DNA of 64,000 nucleotides, taken from positions 64,001-128,000 of IMG/VR virus record IMGVR_UViG_3300029288_000075. One strand, written 5' to 3'. Source of the stretch: a virus. Its lineage: Duplodnaviria; Caudoviricetes. This document shows positions 19,483 through 29,449 of this stretch, piece after piece. The notes under the pieces are model-generated. The model did not search any database. It was not told the origin of the DNA and was given only the letters and a program-made list of their open reading frames with translations. Each line of letters begins with the position of its first letter. Within the stretch, counting starts at the first letter, position 1. The translations under genes and the position numbers were made by a program.

Positions 19483-19898
19483 GGGTGCTACATCCAGACA
19501 CATTGCGTGCGCTGTCCCTACTGAAGACAGCCGAGCTGCCCGAACCTCCTCCGGATTCTGGTGAAGTGCCGCAGTCCGACCTGGGTTCACTGCATCGCGA
19601 GCCTGTGTATACGGGGCCACCTCCTATCAAGCATCCGGCGCTACATGCTGCGAAAGCAGTAGGCGGTTCCCTTCTTTCCTTTGGCGGCGGCATGGGCTTG
19701 GGCTACCTGGCAAACATGGGTATCGAGAAGGCGCTAGGTCGTCCGATCCCAGCGCGTACGATACGAGCAGCGGCCCCGGTGCTGAGTGGTCTCAGTGCGC
19801 TGGCGTACCATACTTACAAGGAAAAAGAGAGGGAGCAACTGCACCGTGCCATCGAAGCCCACCAGAGTAACGCCAAGAGGCGTAGCCTCCGAGGATAG
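19479..19898 (+). CDS. K-x-A leader protein with hydrophobic Gly segments
   Basis: GTGA overlap, GGAGG SD; LSLLKTAEL; FGGGMGLGYLA. Confidence 0.6.
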   Translation: MRVLHPDTLRALSLLKTAELPEPPPDSGEVPQSDLGSLHREPVYTGPPPIKHPALHAAKAVGGSLLSFGGGMGLGYLANMGIEKALGRPIPARTIRAAAPVLSGLSALAYHTYKEKEREQLHRAIEAHQSNAKRRSLRG

Positions 19899-20811
19899 TT
19901 TCAAGGATGAGCCGCTGCAGCAAGTTCGGCTCATGTACTTGGGATTTGTCGCGGGGCTCTTCTCCGCTTGCCCAAAGGGACAGTACCACTGGGAAGAGGG
20001 TGATGACACGGAGATTGTGGTCACCGACGAGCATCCGATACGCACGGAAAATGTAGGAGCGCGCCCGGCCGTATCGTTTACGCGCAGCCCTGTGCAGTTC
20101 TACTCGCTGGGCAACGATGACATGCTGCGGTTTGACTTCACCACTGGGCGCAAGACAAAGGTAGCCATAATTCCGGGCACGATGAGCATCAACTGCTGCT
20201 CGCGCAATGACCTTGAAAGCGAGAGTATCGCCTGGAAGATTGCCGAGCATCTGTGGCTTCTTCGTGAGACGTTGATGGGGTACGACAAGTTCTTCGAAAT
20301 AGGGAGACAGCCACAACTATCGGCCACGTCGCCTGCAGAGGGGATAGTACAAGGCGACCATGGAGAGGAGTGGTACTGCACTACCGTTTCATCTCCCTTC
20401 CAATTCCCGCGCATGTCTCAGTTCACCCCACTCAACAAGCAGGTGGTGCAGAGTATCGAGCTGCAGATTCGCACGCGGCTGCTGACGATAGGCAGTCAAA
20501 GTACCGGCGGCCCTGTGGCAAGCGCGAATGGTGCAGATCCAGGGTTGAACTTTCAGGTGAGACCGCCCCCTGGGTACATGCAGGAGGCGTCGGATGCGCA
20601 TGGACGGCGTCCAGACCCAGCGGGATTGCTGCCTGATCCTCCGTTTTTTGCGGCACATCCATTGGACCCCGCGAGGACGGTGGTGGTACGGAGGTCCAAG
20701 CCGTATAGGCCGGGCCTGCGACCGCTATCCATGAATGGTCATCGACTTCCCATAGCCGACAGCAGCGTGGAAGAATCGGTACCGTCACCGCCATACAAGA
20801 CGCGAGTATGA
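19846..20811 (+). CDS. Putative tail terminator/completion protein
   Basis: RPAVSFTR...MSINCCSRNDLESESIA pattern; upstream of the sheath; GTG after GGGAG. Confidence 0.55.
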   Translation: MPSKPTRVTPRGVASEDSFKDEPLQQVRLMYLGFVAGLFSACPKGQYHWEEGDDTEIVVTDEHPIRTENVGARPAVSFTRSPVQFYSLGNDDMLRFDFTTGRKTKVAIIPGTMSINCCSRNDLESESIAWKIAEHLWLLRETLMGYDKFFEIGRQPQLSATSPAEGIVQGDHGEEWYCTTVSSPFQFPRMSQFTPLNKQVVQSIELQIRTRLLTIGSQSTGGPVASANGADPGLNFQVRPPPGYMQEASDAHGRRPDPAGLLPDPPFFAAHPLDPARTVVVRRSKPYRPGLRPLSMNGHRLPIADSSVEESVPSPPYKTRV

Positions 20812-21332
20812 CCAGCCCACGTAACCACCTAGCAGGCACCTGCCACGATTGCGGTAAGTCGACCAAGGCTTACCGCTGTGCCGTGTGCCGTAGGCATAAG
20901 GCAGAGCAGGGGCGTGCCTATTATCGGAGCAGAGCGCAGGCTGGTATCTGTGTTGACTGCAAGGGTCCGGCTACTGTTGGCGCTTTTTGTCTGCAACATT
21001 GGTTTAGAAATATCGGGCAGGCGTATGGGTTGGGTAAGAAGAATGGCGGGATAGCCATGCTTCGAAGTCTATGGGAAGAACAGCAGGGCAAGTGCGCTGT
21101 CACGGGGGAAAAGCTAGTACCCGGCGTCAATGCCAGCCTTGATCACATCCAGCCCCTATCTCGCGGTGGTACTTCGGAACGAAGTAACCTGCGCTGGGTA
21201 ACTTCAACGGTGAACCACATGAAGTGGAATCTCACTGATACAGAATTCGTGGACAAATGTAGACAGATAGCGCAGCGAGCCGACTACGCCGGTAAAGTAA
21301 GCGCAAGGATGCACATAGCCAGGAGCAACTAA
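20808..21332 (+). CDS. HNH endonuclease with N-terminal Cys zinc fingers
   Basis: QQGKCAVTG...SLDHIQPLSRGG...NLRWVTSTVNHMK. Confidence 0.85.
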   Translation: MTSPRNHLAGTCHDCGKSTKAYRCAVCRRHKAEQGRAYYRSRAQAGICVDCKGPATVGAFCLQHWFRNIGQAYGLGKKNGGIAMLRSLWEEQQGKCAVTGEKLVPGVNASLDHIQPLSRGGTSERSNLRWVTSTVNHMKWNLTDTEFVDKCRQIAQRADYAGKVSARMHIARSN

Positions 21333-21333
21333 A

Positions 21334-24300
21334 ATGGCAGCAGCAGAACTTCCAAAGCCCGGTGTTGAGGTAGTACAAGTTATCAGGACTGTCTCTCCGA
21401 CAGTCGTCACGCCCACGCTAGTTCCTTGCGTAGTCGGCGTGGCGAAGCAGGTGGTGGAGCTCCTACTTTCCGACGGAAGTGGCGGTAAGACCTTGAACGG
21501 CGATGCGCTCATTGCCCTTCCTGCCTTCTTCATTGCCAAGGACGGTACTGGCAGTCCTGCCAAGTACAACGGTCTGGACGGTTTGAACCTGAAGTTCTCC
21601 GTCACCAATGGCCCTACGGCTACCATCCTATTTGCTGATCCGTTGATGGCCGGCTTGACACCAGCGACGGTTGTATCGACCATCGTGAAGGCACTTGCAG
21701 CCGCGGGTATTACTTCTGCTACCGCCGAGACGATAGGGGATGCTTTCCGTGTTCGTACGCTGGCAACTGGCGAGTTCCAGTCCATCTACGTGGACCCCAC
21801 GACTTCCCCCGCGGTGCTCGCGGCCTTTGGCATTGGCGCCGGCCGTACGTACACCGGGGTGGACAACTACTCGCAGTTCGAAGACGTGATTCCGGTCAGT
21901 AACTACCCGGATCCTCGTGGAAATTTGGCAGAGCTGGCCATTGAAGCGGATACGATTCGAGTCTTCTTGGCCATGTCGTCTTCGAATTTCATGGAGGTTC
22001 TGCGTACGGAAGCCCTGCTGCGTTATGGAGCGGTAGGCACGACGGCTGTGTTGACGGGTACTGGGGACTTGGACCCCTTCCCAGCAGTGGCCGGTACTGC
22101 GGCGGTGCTCACTGGCACTGGAGATTTGGACCCGTTCCCCTCCTTGACGGGTCTCACGCTGATTGTGACTTTGAACGCTACCGTGCAGACGGTAACCTTC
22201 ACTGCCTCGCAGACGGATACCGCGACGTTGCTGACCTTGTTGAACGGCGTTGGTGGGTTTACCGACATCGTTGCTTCCATCGACAACAGCACCCCATCCA
22301 CCCCGGTTCTAGTGCTGACTAGTGCACATTCTGGGGCCACCCTGACGGTAGGGGCGGGTACGGCGAACACTGCGCTGGGCTTTACGCTGAACCAAACGAA
22401 CACCGGAACGGCAGCTCTGACCCTTATCGTGACCGTGGGCACTGGCTCTCCTCAGACGGTGAGTTTGGAGGGGGTCACCAGCACGGGTACGTTGACGACG
22501 GTAGTCGACGCCAACACGTCTGGGATCGTGCCTACCATCGACACCAGTACCCCGGCCACCCCACATCTTGTACTTACCAGCGAGGCTACTGGAAGTGCAG
22601 CTCGGCTCACCGTCGGGGCTGGGACGGCCAATACGCTGCTGGGATTCACGCTGGCGCAAACCAATTCCGGTGTCTCGGTTCAAGTCGTTGACGACGGCAA
22701 TGGGGACAACTTCTCTCCGCTCCTCAAGTTCACGGGCGTGGATTTCACCGCGGTAGGTACCGCAGCGTCCATTGCTGGCACGGTAAGTATTGCTACTCCC
22801 GTGGGTCTTTCAGGAACAACCCTCGAGTTGAGTGACGGGCAGCAGGTGCAGACGGTCACGTTCACGTCGTCTGCTACTACTGCGGCTCAGGTACTTACTG
22901 AGATCAACGCCGTCATGGGAACGGCTGCGGGCGGCAGGCTTTTGGCCACGGCCAACGGGAGTCAGTACCTGGTGCTGACTTCGACAGGTACCGGGGCGGA
23001 CTCGATGCTGTGGGTCAAGGGCGGCACGGCGCTGACCATCTTGGGGCTCACGGCGAACACCATCCAGTACGGTGCCCTCGGGCATGTCGCCGCGGGCGAC
23101 GAGCTGTACATCGACGGGGTGGTCAAGGGAACGGTCATCGCGGTTGCCCCCGGCGGCGCGACGGACACGCTCAAGATCAACAACCAGCAGGTCATTACCC
23201 TAGGCGCAGGCACCAATTGGCACATCATCGCCAAGGGGTTGACGGGGACCGGCGTTGACCGGCCGATGCCTGAGCTTGTGGTGGACGCCAACAAGAACGC
23301 CATCCTGAAGCACACCCTGCTGCGTGATACTGTGGGGCGCCCAATCCATCCGACGCAGGGGCGCGCACCGGTGTACCTCACCTACACGGCGGTACGTAAG
23401 GACGTGACCTCGGCGGCGGTGAATCCGGGCCTACTGACGTTCGACGGGCAAACCCAGCTGGAAAGTGCGTTGGCACCAATCGACATCCGCAATCCTCTGG
23501 CCCTCGGCCTGTTCTTCGCCATGGTCAATGCCCCTGGGGTTCAAACCACGGGATTGGGCGTGGACGAGGTGAGTGCCGACTCGCCGTACGGCACGGTGGA
23601 AGCGTTCACCCGCGCGGCGGAGTTCTTGGAGGCCTTCGAGGTCTACGCCCTGGCACCACTCACACATGACCGCGCTGTCGGCCAGGTGTTCGATACCCAT
23701 GCCAACTTCATGTCGGAGCCGACGCAAAAGGGCGAGCGCATCGCGCTGTTCAACCCCGAGCAACCCGCGTACGCCCTGGATACGTTGGTGACCTCTGGCG
23801 CCAACGGGAACTCCATCGGAACCTCGGGCCTCACCTTCGATACGGGGGTGCCCAACCTGTCCGCCCTTCTCATGAACAAGGGCATCAACCCGATTGGCAC
23901 CATCCCTACGGAAACCGGTGTCTTCCTGGATATCGCCAGCGATGCCAAGAACTACTCGATCGAGAGCATCAGTGGCTCGGTGGTCACCATCCGTACCACC
24001 ATCCCGCCAGGTACGAACGACGACGACTTTTACTCGATTACCGCCCTCAATGTCCCGCCTCTGCCGGCGCAGTTGATTGCTGAGACGTTTGCCATCAAGA
24101 TCCGCGGCGCGGCATTGCTGACTTTGGATGGGGCGGTGGACAAACAGAAGGTGGCCGAGACCTACGCGACCATCGGGCAGTCCTTCCTCAATCGGCGGTT
24201 GTGGTGCACCGCACCTGATAAGTGCGCGGCCACGGTTGGCGGGATCGAGCAGGTTCTCGAGGGCTTCTACATGAACGCGGGCATCGCGGGCATGATTGGC

Positions 24301-24780
24301 CAGCAGCCCCCGCAACAGTCGTTCACCAACTTCCCGATGTCGGGGTACACCCGTGTAATTGGTTCCAGCCGGTACTTCTCGGAGCGCCAAATGGATGTCA
24401 TGGCGGGTGGTGGCACGTACATCATCATCCAGGACAGCGCTTCGTCCCCCCTCATCTCCCGCATGGCGTTGACGACCGACACCACGTCGGTGGAAACCCG
24501 CACGGATTCCATTACCAAGGTGGTGGATTTCACAGCGAAGTTCCTACGGCGCGGTCTGAAGAACTTCATCGGTCGGTTCAACATCACGCAGGCGTTCCTC
24601 GACCAGTTGGGGACGGTCACCGGCGGCCTTGGTGGCTTCCTCGTAGAGGTCGGTGTTTTGGTTGGGTTCAACCTCAACAACATCATCCAGGATGAGCAAG
24701 CACCCGACACGGTGCTTATCGACGTGCTCATCGACCCACCGTACCCCTGCAACTACATCAGGATCACCTTGGTCATCTGA
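21334..24780 (+). CDS. Tail sheath protein with inserted beta-rich repeat domains
   Basis: N-terminal PKPGVEVVQ; C-terminal DFTAKFLRRGLKNFIGR...IDPPYPCNYIRITLVI typical of sheaths. Confidence 0.85.
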   Translation: MAAAELPKPGVEVVQVIRTVSPTVVTPTLVPCVVGVAKQVVELLLSDGSGGKTLNGDALIALPAFFIAKDGTGSPAKYNGLDGLNLKFSVTNGPTATILFADPLMAGLTPATVVSTIVKALAAAGITSATAETIGDAFRVRTLATGEFQSIYVDPTTSPAVLAAFGIGAGRTYTGVDNYSQFEDVIPVSNYPDPRGNLAELAIEADTIRVFLAMSSSNFMEVLRTEALLRYGAVGTTAVLTGTGDLDPFPAVAGTAAVLTGTGDLDPFPSLTGLTLIVTLNATVQTVTFTASQTDTATLLTLLNGVGGFTDIVASIDNSTPSTPVLVLTSAHSGATLTVGAGTANTALGFTLNQTNTGTAALTLIVTVGTGSPQTVSLEGVTSTGTLTTVVDANTSGIVPTIDTSTPATPHLVLTSEATGSAARLTVGAGTANTLLGFTLAQTNSGVSVQVVDDGNGDNFSPLLKFTGVDFTAVGTAASIAGTVSIATPVGLSGTTLELSDGQQVQTVTFTSSATTAAQVLTEINAVMGTAAGGRLLATANGSQYLVLTSTGTGADSMLWVKGGTALTILGLTANTIQYGALGHVAAGDELYIDGVVKGTVIAVAPGGATDTLKINNQQVITLGAGTNWHIIAKGLTGTGVDRPMPELVVDANKNAILKHTLLRDTVGRPIHPTQGRAPVYLTYTAVRKDVTSAAVNPGLLTFDGQTQLESALAPIDIRNPLALGLFFAMVNAPGVQTTGLGVDEVSADSPYGTVEAFTRAAEFLEAFEVYALAPLTHDRAVGQVFDTHANFMSEPTQKGERIALFNPEQPAYALDTLVTSGANGNSIGTSGLTFDTGVPNLSALLMNKGINPIGTIPTETGVFLDIASDAKNYSIESISGSVVTIRTTIPPGTNDDDFYSITALNVPPLPAQLIAETFAIKIRGAALLTLDGAVDKQKVAETYATIGQSFLNRRLWCTAPDKCAATVGGIEQVLEGFYMNAGIAGMIGQQPPQQSFTNFPMSGYTRVIGSSRYFSERQMDVMAGGGTYIIIQDSASSPLISRMALTTDTTSVETRTDSITKVVDFTAKFLRRGLKNFIGRFNITQAFLDQLGTVTGGLGGFLVEVGVLVGFNLNNIIQDEQAPDTVLIDVLIDPPYPCNYIRITLVI
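22038..22680 (+). repeat. Internal coding repeats in the sheath insertion
   Basis: T[T/A]AVLTGTGDLDPFP x2; LTLIVT...LTVGAGTANTxLGFTLxQTNxG x2. Confidence 0.75.
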
Positions 24781-25127
24781 TGGACTTGGACGCCTTCCAG
24801 AAAGCGGTGGCGCGTGTTCGAGCCGAGCAGTTTCTTCGAGAGAAGGCTGCCTCGGCTCAACCTGCTGCCCTGGGGGTTGTTCGAGATGCGTTGCTTGAAC
24901 AGGTAGAGGACCGCAGCTTGCTCAAGATGGCGTCCACGTACTGCCCGCTGGATCCCTTCGGTATGTACGTGAAGTTGGGTGGACAGTTCAAGACTGCTGA
25001 ACCCCCGCCACCTGCAGGGGTGTCGTCCAAGGAGTGGGACAAGGTGCTCAGCAAGGGCCCTACCAAGAGCATGGAGACAGGCTCGTCGTCCCTGATTCGC
25101 AGGTCCCAAGTGAAGTACCGACCGTGA
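24780..25127 (+). CDS. Small K-x-A-rich protein between sheath and tube
   Basis: EKAAS, LKMAS, VKLGG, FKTAE in 115 aa. Confidence 0.6.
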   Translation: MDLDAFQKAVARVRAEQFLREKAASAQPAALGVVRDALLEQVEDRSLLKMASTYCPLDPFGMYVKLGGQFKTAEPPPPAGVSSKEWDKVLSKGPTKSMETGSSSLIRRSQVKYRP

Positions 25128-25150
25128 TAGACTCGTAGAAGGAGCAGACA

Positions 25151-25915
25151 ATGGCTGGAAATTTCTCTGACTGGAGCCCGTATTCGAACTACGTGCAGGC
25201 CGGCATGGTCGATGGAGCCTACGCGAATGCCGGCTTCACGATGCTTGCAGCAGGCCCGCCACGTATCGCCAACATTGGTGGTGCTGCAGCCTTCGCTCAG
25301 GCCGTCAGCGGTACCGGGCAGGCGGCGAACCAGATTGTGCTGCCCATTGGTATTGTGCAGAACTTCAATCTCTCGCACACCCGGCAGTTCAACCGCATCT
25401 TCGAAATCGGGTCGGAACGTAGCTACTTCATCACGGGGCGTGCCGTGGGGCAGCTAGGTCTCGGTCGTATCTACTACCACGGGGCGTCGCTCCTACGCCT
25501 GCTCTACTCGTACTACCAGGACCTGCTGCCACCTACCGTTGTGCCGGCCATGTTCCTCAACGCTGGTGCTGCCAGCATGTCGAACCCGCACAACGTCGTC
25601 ATCCCGCCGGGGTACGAGAATATCTACCTCAACCTGGCGTCGGACCTCTTCACGCAGCCCATTGGCATCCTGATGTACGTTCGCGACATCAATCAGGACG
25701 CTCTTGGTGCCACGTATTTCGAGGCCTGCTACCTCCCGAACCACACCTGGGCAACCGACGCACAGGGTGTGCTCATTCAAGAGTCGGTAGCCATCCAGTT
25801 CGAGCGTGCGGTGCCCGTGGCGATCTCGGCACTCACCCTCATCTCGAGCGCTACCAATGTGAACGCGGGCGGTTCTAACGCGTCGGCCACCTTCCTTGGG
25901 ATCCCCGGGTCGTAA
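25151..25915 (+). CDS. Tail tube protein
   Basis: IGIVQNFNLSHTRQFNRIFEIGS...IQESVAIQFE; after the sheath; AAGGAG SD. Confidence 0.75.
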   Translation: MAGNFSDWSPYSNYVQAGMVDGAYANAGFTMLAAGPPRIANIGGAAAFAQAVSGTGQAANQIVLPIGIVQNFNLSHTRQFNRIFEIGSERSYFITGRAVGQLGLGRIYYHGASLLRLLYSYYQDLLPPTVVPAMFLNAGAASMSNPHNVVIPPGYENIYLNLASDLFTQPIGILMYVRDINQDALGATYFEACYLPNHTWATDAQGVLIQESVAIQFERAVPVAISALTLISSATNVNAGGSNASATFLGIPGS

Positions 25916-26295
25916 TGGCTGCCAGCACCAACCCGTTTTCGGTGCTGGGCACCCTGACGTTCCCCCCTGATGAGGGGCAGCAGCAGGTTTCTCTGGCCTT
26001 TGGTCTCAGCAATCAGTTCACATCCGTACTCGACATGCGGCTGGCTCTGACTGGTGCTGGGACCACCGTGGTGCCCTTTGGCTCCGTGGCAACCGCCAAG
26101 CTCTTGCTGGTGGAGTTCGAGGCGGCCTCTGGCGCTGCTCCGATCAACCTCCTCATCAATGGCGGCACCGACGAGATTGAGCTTTCCCCGGGAGGTTTGT
26201 TGCTCCTGGCTAGTCCCACTCCGCAATCCGGTGTGGCTGGGCTCTCAATCGTACGGACAACCGATGCAGTTGTACGCGTTCGTCTCCTAGGCTGA
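25915..26295 (+). CDS. Hypothetical beta-rich virion protein
   Basis: TAATG coupling to the tube gene. Confidence 0.6.
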   Translation: MAASTNPFSVLGTLTFPPDEGQQQVSLAFGLSNQFTSVLDMRLALTGAGTTVVPFGSVATAKLLLVEFEAASGAAPINLLINGGTDEIELSPGGLLLLASPTPQSGVAGLSIVRTTDAVVRVRLLG

Positions 26296-26308
26296 TATCC
26301 TAGGGAGC

Positions 26309-26965
26309 GTGACGGGACAGCACACTCCGCCGCGGCGGACGCAGAGCAGCGACAACCTTCAGGCAGTGTCCTTGCAGGACGCTGCCGAAGCTCGTGCTCG
26401 TGCGGCTTTGCAGCTAGTGGAGGCGGAGACTGCGCGTGCCGAAGAAGCCGAGCGCCGCGCTGCGGAACTTTCGGCAGAGCTCGAACGATCGAAGGCCGCG
26501 CACACCGTAGAAACGCAGGACCACACGAAGGCGTCCCAGGATCACGCCATCACGTTGACCGCGGAAGCTCTGACAGTGCAACGCAAGGGTCGTAAGTACG
26601 TGATCCCATTCGCGTTGGTGTCGATATTGGGCCCGCTGTTGTGGGCAAGCATCGCAGACTACGTGGAGATGAAACGGCAGGCGCGAGACATGAAGGACAC
26701 CTTCGCGTCTACGACGCAGCGTATCGACAAGCTCGAGCAGAAGCTTTCTGAGCAGGCCAAGGAAAATGCAGGGTTACGAGAGACTGTGGCACAGCTGTCT
26801 GGCTATTTGGCGGGTGTACTGCCAAAGGCTGGGTTGATGGTGCCTGGGGCCATGCCCGGCGCGGCATCCATCAACGTGGTCTCAGATCCACTACCCATCG
26901 GGGCCAAGAGGATTACCCCCGTGAATGTACGAACGGCGGTGCCTGCCCCCGCGCCACGTCCTTGA
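26309..26965 (+). CDS. Single-pass membrane coiled-coil protein (possibly lysis-related)
   Basis: IPFALVSILGPLLWASIA flanked by coiled coils. Confidence 0.5.
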   Translation: MTGQHTPPRRTQSSDNLQAVSLQDAAEARARAALQLVEAETARAEEAERRAAELSAELERSKAAHTVETQDHTKASQDHAITLTAEALTVQRKGRKYVIPFALVSILGPLLWASIADYVEMKRQARDMKDTFASTTQRIDKLEQKLSEQAKENAGLRETVAQLSGYLAGVLPKAGLMVPGAMPGAASINVVSDPLPIGAKRITPVNVRTAVPAPAPRP

Positions 26966-27003
26966 CTTGTCCTTTTGGGAGGGGTGCGGGTACACTCTTC
27001 GTG

Positions 27004-27651
27004 ATGTCTGTTCATCCTGCCCTGAAGACGGCCGAAGACTGGTCTCCTACTCGGTTGGGCCTGCCGCTGGCAGTTCTTGCTGGTGGAACGCTGCTGTACC
27101 ACGGGTTGCGCAAGGGTAGACAAAGCGATGCCAACGCTGACCTTGCGAGAGACCAAGCTGTACGCGACGTAGCAGCTCAGCGCAACGCCGGTGTAGTTGG
27201 TACCTTGCGTGGCGGTTCCCCCTTGAACCCCGCGGGTGCTGCCATCTACAACAACGAGAGGGCGCAAAGCGCGGACATTGGGGACACTCTCATGTTTGAC
27301 AAGGGCGCCATGGCGCAGCTTCAGCGGTCGTGCACGTTGGTGGCAAAGCATGCGGGCATTGGTGGGGCTGTATTGGGGGCGGTCAACAAGCTGCCTAATT
27401 TGCTTGGAAAACCGCTAGGCGCAGTAGGCCGCACCGCGGTGAAGGGGTTGAAGGCTGTGACACCAAGCACCGGGATGGGCACCAAGCTCATGCTGGGGGC
27501 GGGCGCTGCCGGATTGGGCTATGGGGCGTACAAAGCGGGCAAAGGTGTCTACAACTACGGTATGCAGCAGAACTCTCCCCGAGAGCTCGGCGGACATGCC
27601 GCGGCGTTGCCCACCTACACGAACCAGTTTGGCGTTCCTACGATGGGTTGA
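27004..27651 (+). CDS. K-x-A leader protein with hydrophobic Gly segments
   Basis: TTGTCC-18-TACACT promoter, apparently leaderless; ALKTAED, AKHAGI; LGAGAAGLGYGAY. Confidence 0.65.
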   Translation: MSVHPALKTAEDWSPTRLGLPLAVLAGGTLLYHGLRKGRQSDANADLARDQAVRDVAAQRNAGVVGTLRGGSPLNPAGAAIYNNERAQSADIGDTLMFDKGAMAQLQRSCTLVAKHAGIGGAVLGAVNKLPNLLGKPLGAVGRTAVKGLKAVTPSTGMGTKLMLGAGAAGLGYGAYKAGKGVYNYGMQQNSPRELGGHAAALPTYTNQFGVPTMG

Positions 27652-27716
27652 CGTAGAATAGGGCAACCAGGGCCGCTTAGGCCCGCCAATTCATCGGGCA
27701 AGTTACGGAGGAAGTC

Positions 27717-28736
27717 ATGAGTTCAGGTTCTGGCCTACTTTCAAGTTCCAAGGGAATACATGCACATCTGGTGGATAAGCCCGGAGGTGTCGCGGGCGAG
27801 GTGTACGACCTGCGCAATGACCTCAAGGCGGCGTTGGCACCTATCGCTGCTGTCACTGTCGAGGAGTTCACCAATCCGGTAAGCAACGACTCGTCAGCTG
27901 CTGGGCTGCTCATTGCGACCGCCACGGTGGCTGCCCAGGTAGTGTTGGCTCGTACGGATTTGATCGCGGCAGGTCTAGCACAGCTAGCCTTGTGGCCACG
28001 GCAGCTGGTATTTACTACCGCGGGAACTACTCCTGCCGACGCGCCAGCCACGGCTACGGTGGTCGGTAAGGACTACGCGGGTGTGGCTGCTACTGAGGTG
28101 GTGACGTTGGCACAGACGGGCACCACTGCCAACTCAACTACGCGGTGGAGTGACATCACGTCAATCACGTACCCTGCAGCGGATGGTACCGATGCAACGG
28201 TGGCCATTGGGTACGATTCAGCCCTGATCAGCCATGCGCGGGCTACGCAGACTACGCCGCTTGTTCTTACTGCGGCAAACGCGTTGGTGCAGACGGACCT
28301 GATCAAGCACCCTCGGCAGATCGTGTTTACTACGGCGGGAACCACGCCGTCTGATGCGCCTGCGACGGTGCTCATTACTGGTCACGATGCGCAGGGGAAA
28401 CCGCAGACGGAGACAGTTACGCTGGCGCAAACCGGCACCACTGCCACGTCAACGAAGTTCTTCGCGAGCATTACGTCATTGGCTTTCGCAGCTGGCGACG
28501 GTACCGGTGCCACGATTTCGGTTGGCTTCGTGGACACTACGATTGGCTTGTCGCGCCCTGTGAAGACTCGAGCAGGCAATACCAGCCTGATCAAAGAGAT
28601 CTACGATGCCAACGTGGTGACGAACGGCGCCCTTACGGCAGCTGCTTCTGCTCTTCCGTACGGCAGCTACACGCCCAACGGGGCTCCCAACGGCGTGCAC
28701 GACTACGCCATCTACTACGAGTACGACGCCGCGTAG
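27717..28736 (+). CDS. Thr/Ala-rich virion protein with internal duplication
   Basis: PRQ[L/I]VFTTAGTTPxDAPAT...VTLAQTGTTAxST twice; GGAGG SD. Confidence 0.7.
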   Translation: MSSGSGLLSSSKGIHAHLVDKPGGVAGEVYDLRNDLKAALAPIAAVTVEEFTNPVSNDSSAAGLLIATATVAAQVVLARTDLIAAGLAQLALWPRQLVFTTAGTTPADAPATATVVGKDYAGVAATEVVTLAQTGTTANSTTRWSDITSITYPAADGTDATVAIGYDSALISHARATQTTPLVLTAANALVQTDLIKHPRQIVFTTAGTTPSDAPATVLITGHDAQGKPQTETVTLAQTGTTATSTKFFASITSLAFAAGDGTGATISVGFVDTTIGLSRPVKTRAGNTSLIKEIYDANVVTNGALTAAASALPYGSYTPNGAPNGVHDYAIYYEYDAA

Positions 28737-29231
28737 TTACGCCAGCCACCAAAAGTCCGGAAGCTCCGCCCTTGCAGTACGTTGGGGGCGGGGCTTTCGT
28801 ATTCGTGATGGACGTTGTTGCGCGCCGGCTGACTTGGTGAACTGCCGCTTCTTCTCGGCTGGCTTAGCTGGGGCGGCTTGGTAGTAGTCGACAGTGGCCA
28901 GATTTAGGAGTCTGCGGTCACTCGGATTCAAGTGCTCTACGGATTTGCTCCCTTGCATCAACTGCCCCATGAGTTCGTGCGTCTCTACGCCGTACTTTTC
29001 CGGATGCAGTTGGAAGTCTTCTAGCAGCACCGCCGGATCCCCCAGGTATCCGGAGAACAGGTCCGTCTCTTTCCTCGTCTGCGTCGTCTGCTTCTTCAAA
29101 TCCTCTGCTACCAAGTCTTCGAAGCGAGGAAATGTCAGTGGGGATAGCGGGGCCAAAGGCTCGAGCGGCTCTAGAAAGGGCAGGTTGATGTCTGGCGATG
29201 ACGCCTTCGAAGACGGCTTCTTTGTAGTCAT
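28737..29231 (-). CDS. Hypothetical protein
   Basis: TAGGAT-N5-ATG; stop abuts the convergent gene. Confidence 0.55.
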   Translation of the reverse strand: MTTKKPSSKASSPDINLPFLEPLEPLAPLSPLTFPRFEDLVAEDLKKQTTQTRKETDLFSGYLGDPAVLLEDFQLHPEKYGVETHELMGQLMQGSKSVEHLNPSDRRLLNLATVDYYQAAPAKPAEKKRQFTKSAGAQQRPSRIRKPRPQRTARAELPDFWWLA

Positions 29232-29449
29232 GGATGATCCTAGATCGCATAGCTAAAAGGTAGTGGGAGCAGATGGCCCCCATTACCTCCAGGCTGCCCT
29301 TTGGAGGCAACCTGCGTTTCTTCAACTCGTGGTTCACCACGTACGTGTACATACGCAAAAGTTCCCACACCTCTTCGAGCATGCGTGGTCCGCTTCTGCC
29401 GTACTTGCGTATGAAGTGCATGCATGTACTGTACTTGAACTTGCCGCCG

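Noticed and set aside
20891-20900. AGGCATAAG matches inside coding regions (also 29561)
   Set aside because: Not upstream of a gene start; probably chance
23431-24390. 319-aa antisense ORF, and similar long antisense ORFs at 48385-49479, 58164-58964 and 62443-63192
   Set aside because: Shadows of GC-biased plus-strand genes; no SD or recognisable motifs
21334-25915. Bacterial contractile injection system or T6SS interpretation
   Set aside because: Terminase, protease and capsid genes are linked, so this is a phage
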